NCBI GenBank assembly: GCA_038206385.1
Contig: JBBRAW010000003.1
Coordinates: 17,211 to 81,210 of the forward strand
Origin: Bacteroidia bacterium
Lineage (GTDB): Bacteria > Bacteroidota > Bacteroidia > AKYH767-A > OLB10
Direction of reading: 5' to 3'
Length of the DNA stretch: 64,000 nucleotides
The notes below the pieces were generated by a model. It searched no databases and was not told the origin of the DNA. It worked only from the letters and a program-made list of their open reading frames with translations. Positions 20,174 through 30,918 of the stretch are shown in pieces; position 1 is the stretch's first letter, and each line of letters opens with the position of its first letter. Both the position numbers and the translations under genes were made by a program.

Positions 20174-20329
20174 TTTAAAATTTAGAAATTATTATTAATA
20201 GAGATTGACGAAAATTCAATCTCTTACGAGCCCGCAAATATACCAAGAAAAGACAGAAGCCTCAAGTATTATTTCGTATTGTTTATACTCTTAGTTGCTA
20301 ATAAAAAAAGCCAAAACATTTTAAGAATA

Positions 20330-21562
20330 TTAATCTTCAATTTTAATGGTATGTCCCATTTTATCACGCTTAGTACGCAAATAAAATTCATTGTGTTGAT
20401 TGGAATGAATCTCAATCGGAATGCGTTCTACAACCTCTAATCCATAACCAATTAGCCCAGCACGTTTTGTAGGATTATTGGTCATCAATCGCATTTTGCT
20501 AACGCCTAAGTCGCGAAGAATTTGTGCACCAACACCGTAGTCACGTTCATCCATATCAAAACCCAATTGAAGGTTCGCCTCTACAGTATCCAACCCTTGC
20601 TCTTGTAATTTATAAGCTTTCAACTTATTTAAAAGTCCAATACCACGACCTTCCTGATTCATATATACGATAACTCCTTTTCCTTCTTTCTCGATTGTTT
20701 CCATCGCTTTATGCAACTGTGGACCGCAATCACATCGGCATGAACCAAAAATATCACCTGTTAAACAAGATGAATGCACACGAACAAGTATCGGCTCATC
20801 TTTTTCCCACGTTCCTTTTACTAATGCAAGATGCTCCTGACCCGATGTAATTTGTTTGAAAGCAACTAACTCGAAATTTCCCCACTGTGTTGGCATCTTC
20901 ACCTCCACTTGGCGCTCTATTAATGATTCTTTATTGAGACGATATTTTATTAAATCTTCAATAGAAATAATTTTTAATCCGAAACGTTCTGCGATGATCA
21001 TCAATTGAGGTAGGCGCGCCATTGAACCATCTTCATTCATGATTTCAACAATAGCTCCTGATGGTTCTAGTCCTGCTAATCGTGAAAGATCAATACAAGC
21101 TTCTGTATGTCCTGCTCTACGAAGTACTCCACCTTTTTTTGCTCGTAATGGGAAAATATGTCCGGGGCGACCAAGTTCTTCCGGTCTTGTTTCGGAGTTT
21201 ATAAGTGCCTTAATTGTTTTTGATCTGTCAGAAGCAGAAATCCCTGTTGTACATCCGTGACCAAGCAAATCAACGGAGACAGTGAATGCTGTTTCGTGTG
21301 AAGAGGTATTGTTATTCACCATCATTTCGAGATTTAACTCCTTGCAGCGCTCTTCAGTTATTGCAACGCAAATTAATCCTCTTCCATGAGTTGCCATAAA
21401 GTTTACTGCTTCTGGCGTAGCATGCTGAGATGCCATTAAAAAGTCGCCTTCGTTTTCTCTGTCGGCATCATCAACAACAATAATTATTTTGCCTTGGCGG
21501 AGATCTTCAAGGGCTTCTTCGATTGTATTTAGAACCGAAATTTCTATTTGTGAATCTTTCAT
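20330..21562 (-). CDS. ribBA: bifunctional 3,4-dihydroxy-2-butanone-4-phosphate synthase / GTP cyclohydrolase II
   Basis: DHBP synthase '[11 protein letters not shown]'. GTP cyclohydrolase II Zn-Cys '[15 protein letters not shown]'. Confidence 0.92.
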   Translation of the reverse strand: MKDSQIEISVLNTIEEALEDLRQGKIIIVVDDADRENEGDFLMASQHATPEAVNFMATHGRGLICVAITEERCKELNLEMMVNNNTSSHETAFTVSVDLLGHGCTTGISASDRSKTIKALINSETRPEELGRPGHIFPLRAKKGGVLRRAGHTEACIDLSRLAGLEPSGAIVEIMNEDGSMARLPQLMIIAERFGLKIISIEDLIKYRLNKESLIERQVEVKMPTQWGNFELVAFKQITSGQEHLALVKGTWEKDEPILVRVHSSCLTGDIFGSCRCDCGPQLHKAMETIEKEGKGVIVYMNQEGRGIGLLNKLKAYKLQEQGLDTVEANLQLGFDMDERDYGVGAQILRDLGVSKMRLMTNNPTKRAGLIGYGLEVVERIPIEIHSNQHNEFYLRTKRDKMGHTIKIED

Positions 21563-21883
21563 GGTATATTAATTCTCCAAAGTTACGGATTACAATTATG
21601 CTGATGTTAAAACAGATGATTAGAAGCATAGTTTTAACACTTAATGATAAAAATCTTACATCAAAAAAGATGTGATTTTACATGAGAAATTTTAATCGAC
21701 GTAAATTTTTCAGAGGAGAAAAATATTCTATCAGCATTAATCACAAGGGTTTGATTTACAGATGTAATGTTTTTATAAAAAAGAGGAACCTTAAGTAGTG
21801 AAGGGCGTTTAAATTTAACATAAGCACAAAGGGAATATCGGAAGTGCTTTCGTTCTTTAAACAAACATCGAATTAAGATAGGG

Positions 21884-22200
21884 TGGTCCCGTGAAAACGG
21901 GAATGGTTTTAGGTTGATGTCAGTTGAGGGGTAACCCCGTAAGGTTACCCTGGCCCTGACCTCCTATTCCGCTCTTAAAAATAAAATTGCCCCGTAAGGC
22001 AAATCCTATTGCCCTGTAAGGCATATCACATGGTTTTGGTGTTTTTAGGTTGATTGTCAGTAAGGGGGTAGCCCCGTAAGGCTACCCCAGACTGACATCT
22101 TAATCTAAAATCCTGTGTAAAAAAAGGAAAAAAACTTTGGTTAGCTTTTCTGGTTGATAGTCAGACTTTGGCAACCCCGTAAGGTTGTAAGCTCTGACGT
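21884..22200 (+). repeat. array of at least 5 hairpins with conserved CCGTAA loop and covarying stems, three embedded in ~100-bp units 'ggttgatNtcag...ctgac'
   Basis: gggtaacc|ccgtaa|ggttaccc; ggggtagcc|ccgtaa|ggctacccc; ggcaacc|ccgtaa|ggttg; ttgcc|ccgtaa|ggcaa; plus cccgt-GAAA-acggg at 21888. 830-bp gene-free region. Confidence 0.7.
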
Positions 22201-22209
22201 TTTTTCAAT

Positions 22210-22322
22210 GCAGAATTATGAATTCAGAATTATGGTAGCTACTACAACGTATCCCGATAATAATCTAAAGGGGTAGTGATAATTCTGCATTCTGCATTCT
22301 ACATTCTACATTCTGAATTCTT
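22210..22322. repeat. ~110-bp imperfect inverted-repeat structure immediately 3' of the FAH-family gene
   Basis: 'gcagaattatgaattcagaattatgg' versus 'ataattctgcattctgcattctacattctacattctgaattc' around a ggtagctacc core. Possible large terminator. Confidence 0.5.
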
Positions 22323-22390
22323 AAATACTATCCTAGAAGCTTTTAATATTTCAACTCATTTTCAAATTTTCAAATTGATTAATTTTTAAA

Positions 22391-23434
22391 TTAGTCATGG
22401 TCTCCTTTCTTCAATTCCAATATTGAAAAATCTGAATCTACTTTACGGATAGAATTGCTTAAGCATCCTAATCCATCAACAGTCATTTCCACTACATCTC
22501 CCTCTTGTAACCATTGTACAGCATAATTGGGATCGTTCAATTTTCCAGTTCCATTTAATTCTAAAAAACATCCTGTTCCAACAGTTCCAGATCCAATTAC
22601 ATCGCCAGGGAAAATATCAACACCGTAAGCGCAGCGTTCGATAATCTCCGCAAAGGTCCAATCCATATCGCCCATGTTTCCAGAGCTAACCTCCTCTCCA
22701 TTCACACGACACGACATTTTCAAATTATAATTATTACCAGTATGGTTTTCTTTCGGAGCAATTTTATATTTCTCTAATTCATCTGGAGTAACGAGCCATG
22801 GACCAATAACCGTCGAGAAATCTTTTCCCTTAGCAGGTCCTAGATTTAATAGCATCTCTTCCATCTGTAATTGTCGAGCACTCATATCATTCATTATCAT
22901 AAAGCCTGCAATGTATTGATCGGCATCTTGTGCTTTAATATTGCGACCCTTTTTACCAATCACAATGGAAACTTCCAGCTCAAAATCTAATTGTTTGAAA
23001 TGATCTTTCATACACCATATTTCACCCGGACCTTGAATCGCATTGTGATTGGTGAAATAGAAAATGGGATAATCATCATACTGTGGAATCATCTCTACTT
23101 TTCGATTACGTCGCGCCGCTGCAACATGCTGACGAAACGCATATCCATCACGACAAGAAGTTGGATGTGTTACTGGAGCAAGAATTTTTACATCCTGCCA
23201 GAGCAAACCGTTTAAATCAGTAGATGACTTTAATTTATCCTCCACTTTTCGAGCTTGTTCCATGGTCATTTCTTCTCCATCAAGCAATTCTTTCATGGTT
23301 GATGCTGCACTTAATCCAAAATCTTTTGCCGAACTTTGGAGATTAAAAATGCGTTCATTCAAATATAAACCGAGGCATTCCTGCCCATCTTTTTGATAAC
23401 TGACGAATTTCATATGTAATTGATTTGGCTGCAA
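22391..23434 (-). CDS. fumarylacetoacetate hydrolase family protein (likely fumarylacetoacetase of tyrosine catabolism)
   Basis: FAH-fold C-terminal domain. Divergently paired with homogentisate dioxygenase. Confidence 0.7.
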   Translation of the reverse strand: MQPNQLHMKFVSYQKDGQECLGLYLNERIFNLQSSAKDFGLSAASTMKELLDGEEMTMEQARKVEDKLKSSTDLNGLLWQDVKILAPVTHPTSCRDGYAFRQHVAAARRNRKVEMIPQYDDYPIFYFTNHNAIQGPGEIWCMKDHFKQLDFELEVSIVIGKKGRNIKAQDADQYIAGFMIMNDMSARQLQMEEMLLNLGPAKGKDFSTVIGPWLVTPDELEKYKIAPKENHTGNNYNLKMSCRVNGEEVSSGNMGDMDWTFAEIIERCAYGVDIFPGDVIGSGTVGTGCFLELNGTGKLNDPNYAVQWLQEGDVVEMTVDGLGCLSNSIRKVDSDFSILELKKGDHD

Positions 23435-23515
23435 AGGTAACCATTGGTTAAATTTGCGGTGGTTCGCTTTGAAAAGTTGCCGTTATTTGTTGATAAGAAA
23501 AGAAAAAATAGTTCC

Positions 23516-24676
23516 ATGCCCCAATATCACTCCCAAGGACAATTCCCTCATAAACGTCATACACAGTTTCGAAAGCCTGATGGAACTCTTTATGCAGAAG
23601 AGTTAGTATCTACTCATGGTTTTTCAAATGTGTATTCGCTAGTTTACCATTGTCATCCTCCCACAATGGTTAAAACTGTTGGCGAACCTTTTTCACGAGA
23701 ACCCAAAATCACATTTCAACGTTTTCTCCGTCATCAAAGCTTTGAAGGATTCAATGTCCAACCAGAAGATGATTACATCGATAGCAAAAAAGCAATTCTT
23801 GTTAACAATGATTTGCAAATTTCATTAGCTGCTCCACGCAAATCAATAAGTGATTATTTTTTAAAAAATGCTGATGCTGATGAGATGATTTTCGTTCATA
23901 AAGGTAGCGGAGTTTTAAAATCTATTTACGGAAATATTGAATTTGGTTATGGCGATTATTTAGTGATTCCTCGAGGTACCATCTTTCAATTGCACTTTAA
24001 TGATGAAGACAATCGATTGCTGATTGTAGATTCATTTACAGCGTTAGAAGCACCTAAACGTTATCGTAATGCGTATGGTCAGCTGGAAGAACATTCGCCT
24101 TATTGTGAACGTGATATTCGCAAGCCACAAAATTTAGAGACCCACGACGAAGAAGGTGATTTCAGAGTGATGATTAAGAAGCAAGGAATTGTGTACCCTT
24201 ATATTTATGCTACACATCCTTTTGATGCTATTGGATGGGATGGAAATCTATATCCGTATGCATTAAGCATTCACGATTTTGAACCCATCACTGGCAGAGT
24301 GCATCAACCACCTCCAGTACATCAAACATTTGAAGCGAATAATTTTGTAATATGTTCATTTGTTCCACGGTTATTCGATTATCACCCGCTTGCTATCCCA
24401 GCTCCCTACAATCACAGCAATGTTGATTCCGATGAGTTATTGTATTATGTTGATGGCGACTTTATGAGTAGAAAGCATGTTACCAAAGGAATGCTCACCT
24501 TGCATCCAGCAGGAATTCCTCATGGTCCACATCCAGGTACTGTTGAAAAAAGTATCGGTAAAAAAGAAACGCAAGAACTTGCCGTGATGATTGATACTTT
24601 CCGCCCACTTTGGTTAACAGAAGAAGCAATGAAAATAATGTCGGATAATTATTATAAATCATGGCTCGAGCTTTAA
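23516..24676 (+). CDS. hmgA: homogentisate 1,2-dioxygenase
   Basis: Cupin-type HGO with C-terminal 'HPAGIPHGPHPG'. Start moved to MPQYHSQ at 23516. Confidence 0.8.
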   Translation: MPQYHSQGQFPHKRHTQFRKPDGTLYAEELVSTHGFSNVYSLVYHCHPPTMVKTVGEPFSREPKITFQRFLRHQSFEGFNVQPEDDYIDSKKAILVNNDLQISLAAPRKSISDYFLKNADADEMIFVHKGSGVLKSIYGNIEFGYGDYLVIPRGTIFQLHFNDEDNRLLIVDSFTALEAPKRYRNAYGQLEEHSPYCERDIRKPQNLETHDEEGDFRVMIKKQGIVYPYIYATHPFDAIGWDGNLYPYALSIHDFEPITGRVHQPPPVHQTFEANNFVICSFVPRLFDYHPLAIPAPYNHSNVDSDELLYYVDGDFMSRKHVTKGMLTLHPAGIPHGPHPGTVEKSIGKKETQELAVMIDTFRPLWLTEEAMKIMSDNYYKSWLEL

Positions 24677-24918
24677 CCCAGCGTTTATTAACAAACGAAA
24701 GAGTTATATATCTCCAACATTTTTTTATGCAACCTTATTCACAAAAACGGCGTCTATCACTTATTTGAGTGATAAATTACTATTGTTGAAAATTTACATA
24801 AAAATATAACATAGTTCTACCGAGATAAAAAGATAATTTCCTATTTTTGAAGATCATACTACTTACCTAACGATTACCTTATTTACAAATTTGCTATCGA
24901 CAACACAAACCAATACCT

Positions 24919-27900
24919 ATGAAAAAATTATTACTAGCGCTATTCCTGTTTGTCAGTTATTCCACAGTGAATGCCCAATTTGCTGAGAATTTTGACGGAG
25001 TTACGGTCAATATGGTTAATAGCGGGCCAGGAACATGGACGATTGATAACACACTATCAACCTCCGCTCCGAATAGCTACAGAGGACAGTACCCGGCGAA
25101 CTCCTACACGAGTTTAGAAACTCCACCCAATGCAATTGATGCAACGGGAAAAGCTTTCGTTGTTTTGAGTTTCCAACAAATCTGTAAAATAGAATTTGTT
25201 GATTCAGCAAAAATCGAAATCTCTATAGATGGAGGAATCACTTGGGCCAAACTTTATGACCATGGACCAGGTAATCAAAATTGTATTTATTTAGGAAATA
25301 GTCCATCATTCCAAGCGAATGAAACTTTTTCGGAAAGTTCTTATGGCTTAACTTGGGATCCAGGTAATGCATCTACACCAACAAATTCATGGTGGCGACC
25401 TGAAACATTTGACATTTCTCAAATAGCGGCAAATCAGCCAGACATAAGAATTAGATTTAAGTCTTTAGATGCTCAAAATCCATCAGGCCTTCGTTATGGT
25501 TGGAATATCGATGACATAAATGTTCAATTAGCTACATGCGAATTAAATGCTCCAACTTTCGGGGTAATCACACCAAATTTAAATGGAACTATTTATACCT
25601 TAAATCCTCAAGATATTCAAGCTCAAATATTTGATGCTTCAGGAGTTCCTCAAGGTAGTGCGCAATTATTCTGGACAATAAATGGTGGACCAGTACAAGA
25701 ATTTCAGCCTGGTTTTGGAATGTTTGATGCTTCTGGTTCAGGTGTAGGTCCATATTTTGGAACAATCGATAACAACGGATTTCCATTTAATGATGGAGAT
25801 ACGATTTGTTGGTGGATACAAGCTACTGATGGTTCTGGCTGTAATAATGTTTCTTTTTATCCTTCAGGGTCAGGTCAAGCAAATTGTCAACAATTCATTG
25901 CTAGTTCAGGTGTTCATATTCCATATTGTGACAACTTTGACGGTCCATTTCCTGTATGGAATGCAGACCCAGCAAGTGTTGGGGATTTATGGACTCTAGG
26001 AACACCATCAAATGGATCTCTTAATGCAGCTCACTCAGGTAGTAATGTTTGGGGAATTGGTTTAACAACATCTTATAATTCAAGTGATGAAAGTTATCTT
26101 TTATCTCCCGTTTTTGATTTCTCAGCAATAAATGTAGCAAACTTAACTTTTTGGTTAAATTATAATACCGAAGGAAATACGTTCTCACAAACCGATGGAG
26201 CACGTATTGATTACGCTTTAGATGCTGGTACTCCAGTTTGGCAGCCACTCGGATTTGTTGCTGATCCAAACGCAAAAAATTGGTATAACACTGCAAATCT
26301 TACTTCCTCAGGACAATCTGCTTGGAATGGAAACAGTAATGGTTGGCAAAAATCATCTTACAAATTAGGATCGGTTGCAGGCTTACCTAATGATCCAACA
26401 GGAGTTCAATTCCGTTTCGCGTTTAACTCAGATGCTTTTGGAACTGTTGAAGGTTTCCTTCTAGATGACATTTGCATTCTTGTTCCTCCAGCTAATGATA
26501 TTGGTGTTACTACTTATCTTCAACCAATTCCTAATGCAGGACAAGCAGCAGGTTCTTCAAGTCCACTTTCAGTAGTTATAGAAAATTTTGGAACAGACCC
26601 TCAAACTACTTTCAATATAGGTTATAGAATTGGAGTAAATTTACCTGGATCGGTTCCTTATACTGGAGCTGTTTTAGCAGTAAATTCAACAACTAACGTT
26701 ACACTTCCAAATTTTGTTGTTCCTTCAGGTGCATTTACAATTTGTACTTGGACAGATTTAACTGGTGATGGCGATCATTCAAATGATACTTTATGCAGTA
26801 CGTATGTTGGTGTTCCAACAATTACTCCTACATTTTGTGATGACTTTGAAAATGCTAACATTAACGGATGGACTCCAGTAAACAATGGAGCAGTTGGCTC
26901 TGATTGGCTTCTTGGAACTCCTGCACACGCAACTCTTAACTCTGCAAATTCAGGAGTAAATGCATGGGATATTAATTTATCATCCACTTACAGCCCCAAT
27001 GCAGATGCAGAATTATATTCACCTTATTTTGACTTTAGTACCATCGCAAATGGTAAACTTTCTTTCTCTTACAACTTCAATACAGAAGCGAATTGGGATG
27101 GAACTCGTTTAGATTATTCAACGGATGGTGGAGCTACTTGGAACCTACTTGGTACAGGTGGTTCAACTGGAGTACCTAACTTAGCAGGTACTGACCCATG
27201 TGGAACAAACTGGTATTCCAAAGCATCTATCTTTTCAAGTACTCAAAATGCTTGGGCAGGAAATACTGGTGGAATATGGAGAAACGCTTCCTATAAATTA
27301 TGTTGTACTAACGGGATTTTATTAAGTCCTACATTAGTTCAATTTCGTTTCGTCTTTACTTCTGATGCTTCTGTTCAAATTGAAGGATTCTCTATTGATG
27401 ATTTTTGTATCACTTCTTCAACTGGTGATGATGCAGGTGTTTCTGCAATTCTTTCTCCAGTAGTTGGAGGGTTTCCTGTAGGAGTTCAAGCACATGTAGT
27501 AGTTAAAATCGAGAATTATGGTTCAACAATTTTAACATCAATTCCTGTTTCTTATAAAGTAGCAAATGTTGTACACTCATTTACTTATACCGGATCTATT
27601 CTACCTTGTGGATCGGTTACGTTTGCTTTCCCTGATAGTATTGGAATTATTCAAGGTCCAAATGATATTTGCGCCTACACTGATTTGATAGTCGATGTGA
27701 ATAGATCTAATGATACAACTTGTATTTCTGTTATTGGCCAACCAGTAATTACTTCGATTTATAATAATAGTTATAATGATAATTTAGAGTCGGGAAATAT
27801 TGGTTACGCTCCTTCAATTGATCCTCTTGGTGATTTAGGTACAATTTGGGAATTTGGAACACCAGCATTCGCGCTTACTACTGGAGCTCATTCACCTGTA

Positions 27901-29574
27901 AATGCTTGGGATGTTAACTTAACTACTGCAACTACTAATAATGCATTTACATATTTAACAACGCCATATTTCAAGCTAAAAGGAAATGCTAATTCACAAC
28001 ATGCTACACTTCGTTTCTGGCAGAATCGTGATATGGCTCCATTTACTGATCAATTTTATGTAGAATACAAAAAAGGAGCTACCGGTGGCACATGGACTAA
28101 ATTAGGTTCCAATGGAGATATTAATGGAACAAATTGGTACAATGTATCTGATAATTGGAATGATGTTCAAGGATGGATAAGAAGTTCTTACAAAGACATT
28201 GATAAATTATTCACTGCTCCCCTTCCTGTTGGTGATTCAATTATTCAGTTCCGTTTTGTATATACAACTGGCGGATTCTCTTCTGGATCAAATGGTGTAT
28301 CTGTTGATGATATTGAATTGTATATTCCAATTCCTTTATCGCTTACTCCACTTAGTGTAGATTTAAGTATTCCAAACTCTTTAATATTACCTGGACAACC
28401 TATCACCTTTGCATCTCCTATTCATAATGATGGTTACAATCCAGTGTTTATTCACAATGCAACTTTGGTGATTGATAATGTTATCGTTGCAACCGACTTT
28501 GTTAATTACCTAGGAACTCCCCTGGAACCAGATAGTACTATTATTCATAATTTCACATCTACTACATGGATTGCAAGTCCTGGATTCCATAAGGCATGTG
28601 TGTATACTTCTGGTCCTAATGGTACTATTGATTATGCATTGTATAATGATACTATCTGTTCTACAATTCTTGTTTTTGATTCAGTAACTACAACCTCATT
28701 ACCTTATTGTAATGATTTCGAATCAGGGACACAGTGGGTTACTTTAGATGCCATCTCTTACTCAAAGGCAACAGATTTTGAATTAGGAACACCTAATCAA
28801 ACACATTTAAATAGTGCACATTCAGGTTCTAAATGTTGGACGCTTTATATAGACAGTAATTATGTAAATCGTGATTCATCAGGATTATTCTCTTCTATGA
28901 TGCGTGTTCAAACTGGTCATTGTTATAAATTAGGATTCTGGCAACAATTCCGTACTGAATTCGGTTCTGACGGTGGTACTGTAGAATATTCAGATGACTT
29001 AGGTGTATCATGGAAACGAATTGATTATACTGGAACACCAGGAGTTATTTCTTCAGGTGGACCAGGAACAAATTACTCGTATGTAATTTCACTTGATCCA
29101 AGCGATCCATCGAAAAAAGGATTTACAGGATTTGCAAACAACTGGTTTAAAGTTGAACAAACTATTCGCCCTAATCTAGATGGTTTAATTATCATCCGTT
29201 GGAGATTTGCATCTGATTATTCTGCTCGTGATGAAGGTTGGTCAATTGATGATGTTTGTTTCACCGATTTAGGTATTTGTACTCCACTTGGTGTTAATGA
29301 ATTTGCAATTGATGATTTTGGTTTAAGTCAGAATTATCCTAACCCAGCAAATGGAAATACAACAATAGAATACATGATTCCACATACAGGATCTGTTTCT
29401 ATTCAAGTAACAGATATGATCGGTCAAGTAGTTGATGTAATTGTTTCTGGAAATGAATCAGAAGGTAAGCACAGTGTCGATTACAATACTTCGAAACTTG
29501 CTCCTGGAATCTATACTTACACTATGAAGTTTGGTGACCAACAGGTTACAAAGCGAATGGTGATTACTGAATAA
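24919..29574 (+). CDS. 1551-aa secreted T9SS cargo protein with 4-5 tandem ~300-aa MAM/jelly-roll-like modules and C-terminal type-A sorting domain
   Basis: Signal peptide. Repeated 'DNF(D/E)..W......W.LGTP....NSAHSG...W...L......L.SP.FDFS' modules. C-terminus 'GIYTYTMKFGDQQVTKRMVITE'. Confidence 0.8.
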   Translation: MKKLLLALFLFVSYSTVNAQFAENFDGVTVNMVNSGPGTWTIDNTLSTSAPNSYRGQYPANSYTSLETPPNAIDATGKAFVVLSFQQICKIEFVDSAKIEISIDGGITWAKLYDHGPGNQNCIYLGNSPSFQANETFSESSYGLTWDPGNASTPTNSWWRPETFDISQIAANQPDIRIRFKSLDAQNPSGLRYGWNIDDINVQLATCELNAPTFGVITPNLNGTIYTLNPQDIQAQIFDASGVPQGSAQLFWTINGGPVQEFQPGFGMFDASGSGVGPYFGTIDNNGFPFNDGDTICWWIQATDGSGCNNVSFYPSGSGQANCQQFIASSGVHIPYCDNFDGPFPVWNADPASVGDLWTLGTPSNGSLNAAHSGSNVWGIGLTTSYNSSDESYLLSPVFDFSAINVANLTFWLNYNTEGNTFSQTDGARIDYALDAGTPVWQPLGFVADPNAKNWYNTANLTSSGQSAWNGNSNGWQKSSYKLGSVAGLPNDPTGVQFRFAFNSDAFGTVEGFLLDDICILVPPANDIGVTTYLQPIPNAGQAAGSSSPLSVVIENFGTDPQTTFNIGYRIGVNLPGSVPYTGAVLAVNSTTNVTLPNFVVPSGAFTICTWTDLTGDGDHSNDTLCSTYVGVPTITPTFCDDFENANINGWTPVNNGAVGSDWLLGTPAHATLNSANSGVNAWDINLSSTYSPNADAELYSPYFDFSTIANGKLSFSYNFNTEANWDGTRLDYSTDGGATWNLLGTGGSTGVPNLAGTDPCGTNWYSKASIFSSTQNAWAGNTGGIWRNASYKLCCTNGILLSPTLVQFRFVFTSDASVQIEGFSIDDFCITSSTGDDAGVSAILSPVVGGFPVGVQAHVVVKIENYGSTILTSIPVSYKVANVVHSFTYTGSILPCGSVTFAFPDSIGIIQGPNDICAYTDLIVDVNRSNDTTCISVIGQPVITSIYNNSYNDNLESGNIGYAPSIDPLGDLGTIWEFGTPAFALTTGAHSPVNAWDVNLTTATTNNAFTYLTTPYFKLKGNANSQHATLRFWQNRDMAPFTDQFYVEYKKGATGGTWTKLGSNGDINGTNWYNVSDNWNDVQGWIRSSYKDIDKLFTAPLPVGDSIIQFRFVYTTGGFSSGSNGVSVDDIELYIPIPLSLTPLSVDLSIPNSLILPGQPITFASPIHNDGYNPVFIHNATLVIDNVIVATDFVNYLGTPLEPDSTIIHNFTSTTWIASPGFHKACVYTSGPNGTIDYALYNDTICSTILVFDSVTTTSLPYCNDFESGTQWVTLDAISYSKATDFELGTPNQTHLNSAHSGSKCWTLYIDSNYVNRDSSGLFSSMMRVQTGHCYKLGFWQQFRTEFGSDGGTVEYSDDLGVSWKRIDYTGTPGVISSGGPGTNYSYVISLDPSDPSKKGFTGFANNWFKVEQTIRPNLDGLIIIRWRFASDYSARDEGWSIDDVCFTDLGICTPLGVNEFAIDDFGLSQNYPNPANGNTTIEYMIPHTGSVSIQVTDMIGQVVDVIVSGNESEGKHSVDYNTSKLAPGIYTYTMKFGDQQVTKRMVITE

Positions 29575-29583
29575 GATTTTAAA

Positions 29584-29614
29584 TACTTCATAAAAAAACC
29601 CCGCTTTCGCGGGG
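29584..29614 (+). terminator. rho-independent terminator
   Basis: 'aaaaaaaccccgctttcgcggggttttttt' GC stem + T-tract directly after the 1551-aa gene. Confidence 0.85.
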
Positions 29615-29718
29615 TTTTTTTATGACCGAAAATTTTCAAGATCTGTTTAGGGAAAAACTATAATTGAAAAAAAATGTTTTAGAAAATTATGAATCCAGTT
29701 GTGATCCGATGAAAAGAA

Positions 29719-29820
29719 TTACCCGAATGGGACACTATGTGGCGAATTACTTAGAACAAGGGAAATAGGTGAGCATAACCAAGTGTGGCTGTAGTCAAGC
29801 GTAAGAGGGAACTATCAATT
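29719..29820 (+). repeat. ~100-bp composite repeat [A unit 'cccgaaNgg.cactatgtggcgaattac' + B unit 'ataaccaagt..gtcaagc.taag..actatcaatt'], copy 1
   Basis: About 80% identical to 32434-32535, same orientation. The two copies flank a 2.6-kb cassette. Confidence 0.8.
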
Positions 29821-29824
29821 AGAA

Positions 29825-30583
29825 CTACAAAAATACACCACCAGTAGCTTCTAATCGTTGACCATTAATCCACCGAGCATCATCGGAACATAAGAATGCA
29901 ACAATTCCACCAATATCATCCGCATCACCAGTCCTGCCTAATGCTGTATTTGCAGCGATCATACTTTTTACTTGTGGGTTGTTACGTATTATAGCTCCAT
30001 TAAAGTCAGTTTTTATGGCTCCTGGAGCAAGAATATTAACTGCAATTCCTCGAGGCCCTAATTCTTTAGCTAGGTATCTTGTAAAGACTTCCATTGCTCC
30101 TTTCATGGAAGCATATATTGAATATCCAGGATTACAAAATCGAGTAGTGCCACTGGAAATATTTATAATTCTTCCATTGTTATGCATTACTGACAATAAC
30201 TTTTGGGTTAAGAAATAAACTCCCTTAAAATGTACGTTGAGTAACTTATCAAAATCTTCTTCAGTAGCATTCATAAACGGAATAGTTGCACCAGTTCCCG
30301 CATTATTAATAAGAAAATCAAATCCATCAGCATCCCAAGTACTCTTCAAAGTTGCGGAGAGTTCTTTAATGAAACTATCGAATGATTTCAAATCGGAAAC
30401 ATCCAAACGAAGTGCTATTGCTTTCTGCCCAATAGTAGTTATTTCTGCTACCACCTTTTCAGCTTCTTCCTTTTGCGAATGATAGGTAATGATAACATCA
30501 ATGCCATTTTGAGCCAATTTCAATGCAGCATTCTTTCCTAATCCCCTACTTCCGCCTGTAATAAGTGCAATCTTGCTTCTCAT
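29825..30583 (-). CDS. SDR family oxidoreductase
   Basis: 'ALITGGSRGLGK' cofactor motif. Catalytic Y-x3-K 'YSIYASMKGAMEVFTR'. Confidence 0.9.
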   Translation of the reverse strand: MRSKIALITGGSRGLGKNAALKLAQNGIDVIITYHSQKEEAEKVVAEITTIGQKAIALRLDVSDLKSFDSFIKELSATLKSTWDADGFDFLINNAGTGATIPFMNATEEDFDKLLNVHFKGVYFLTQKLLSVMHNNGRIINISSGTTRFCNPGYSIYASMKGAMEVFTRYLAKELGPRGIAVNILAPGAIKTDFNGAIIRNNPQVKSMIAANTALGRTGDADDIGGIVAFLCSDDARWINGQRLEATGGVFL

Positions 30584-30918
30584 AATCTTAATTTTATAAA
30601 TAGTTGAATTTCATTTTTGAATTTCTTTAGACGATCAATCGCATTAAATATTTTGTGGGAATAATAAACACTACTTAAACTTTAAAATAGCTATTCGAAA
30701 AATTATTTCAAAAAAATCAAACCCCTTCAATTATAAGTTGAACTAAATTTCCATCAATAAGTACCAACATAAAAGCGTTATTGAAATGCATTCTCATCCA
30801 TAGCAAATCAAAAAAAAATGACTCCATGAACTAGAGAATTTTCAATAACGCTATATTAAACAAATCTCAATTTAAGAAACTAATCACATTTCCAATTAAG
30901 ATTTTATTGATAAGAGAA

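Noticed and set aside
21661-21864. 67-aa ORF in the ribBA leader
   Set aside because: No start context, low-complexity, and it lies in the non-coding leader or hairpin region. Likely spurious.
21563-21900. FMN riboswitch upstream of ribBA
   Set aside because: Could not find the conserved RFN core on the - strand between ribBA and the hairpin array. The GNRA-like hairpins read correctly only on the + strand, opposite to ribBA.
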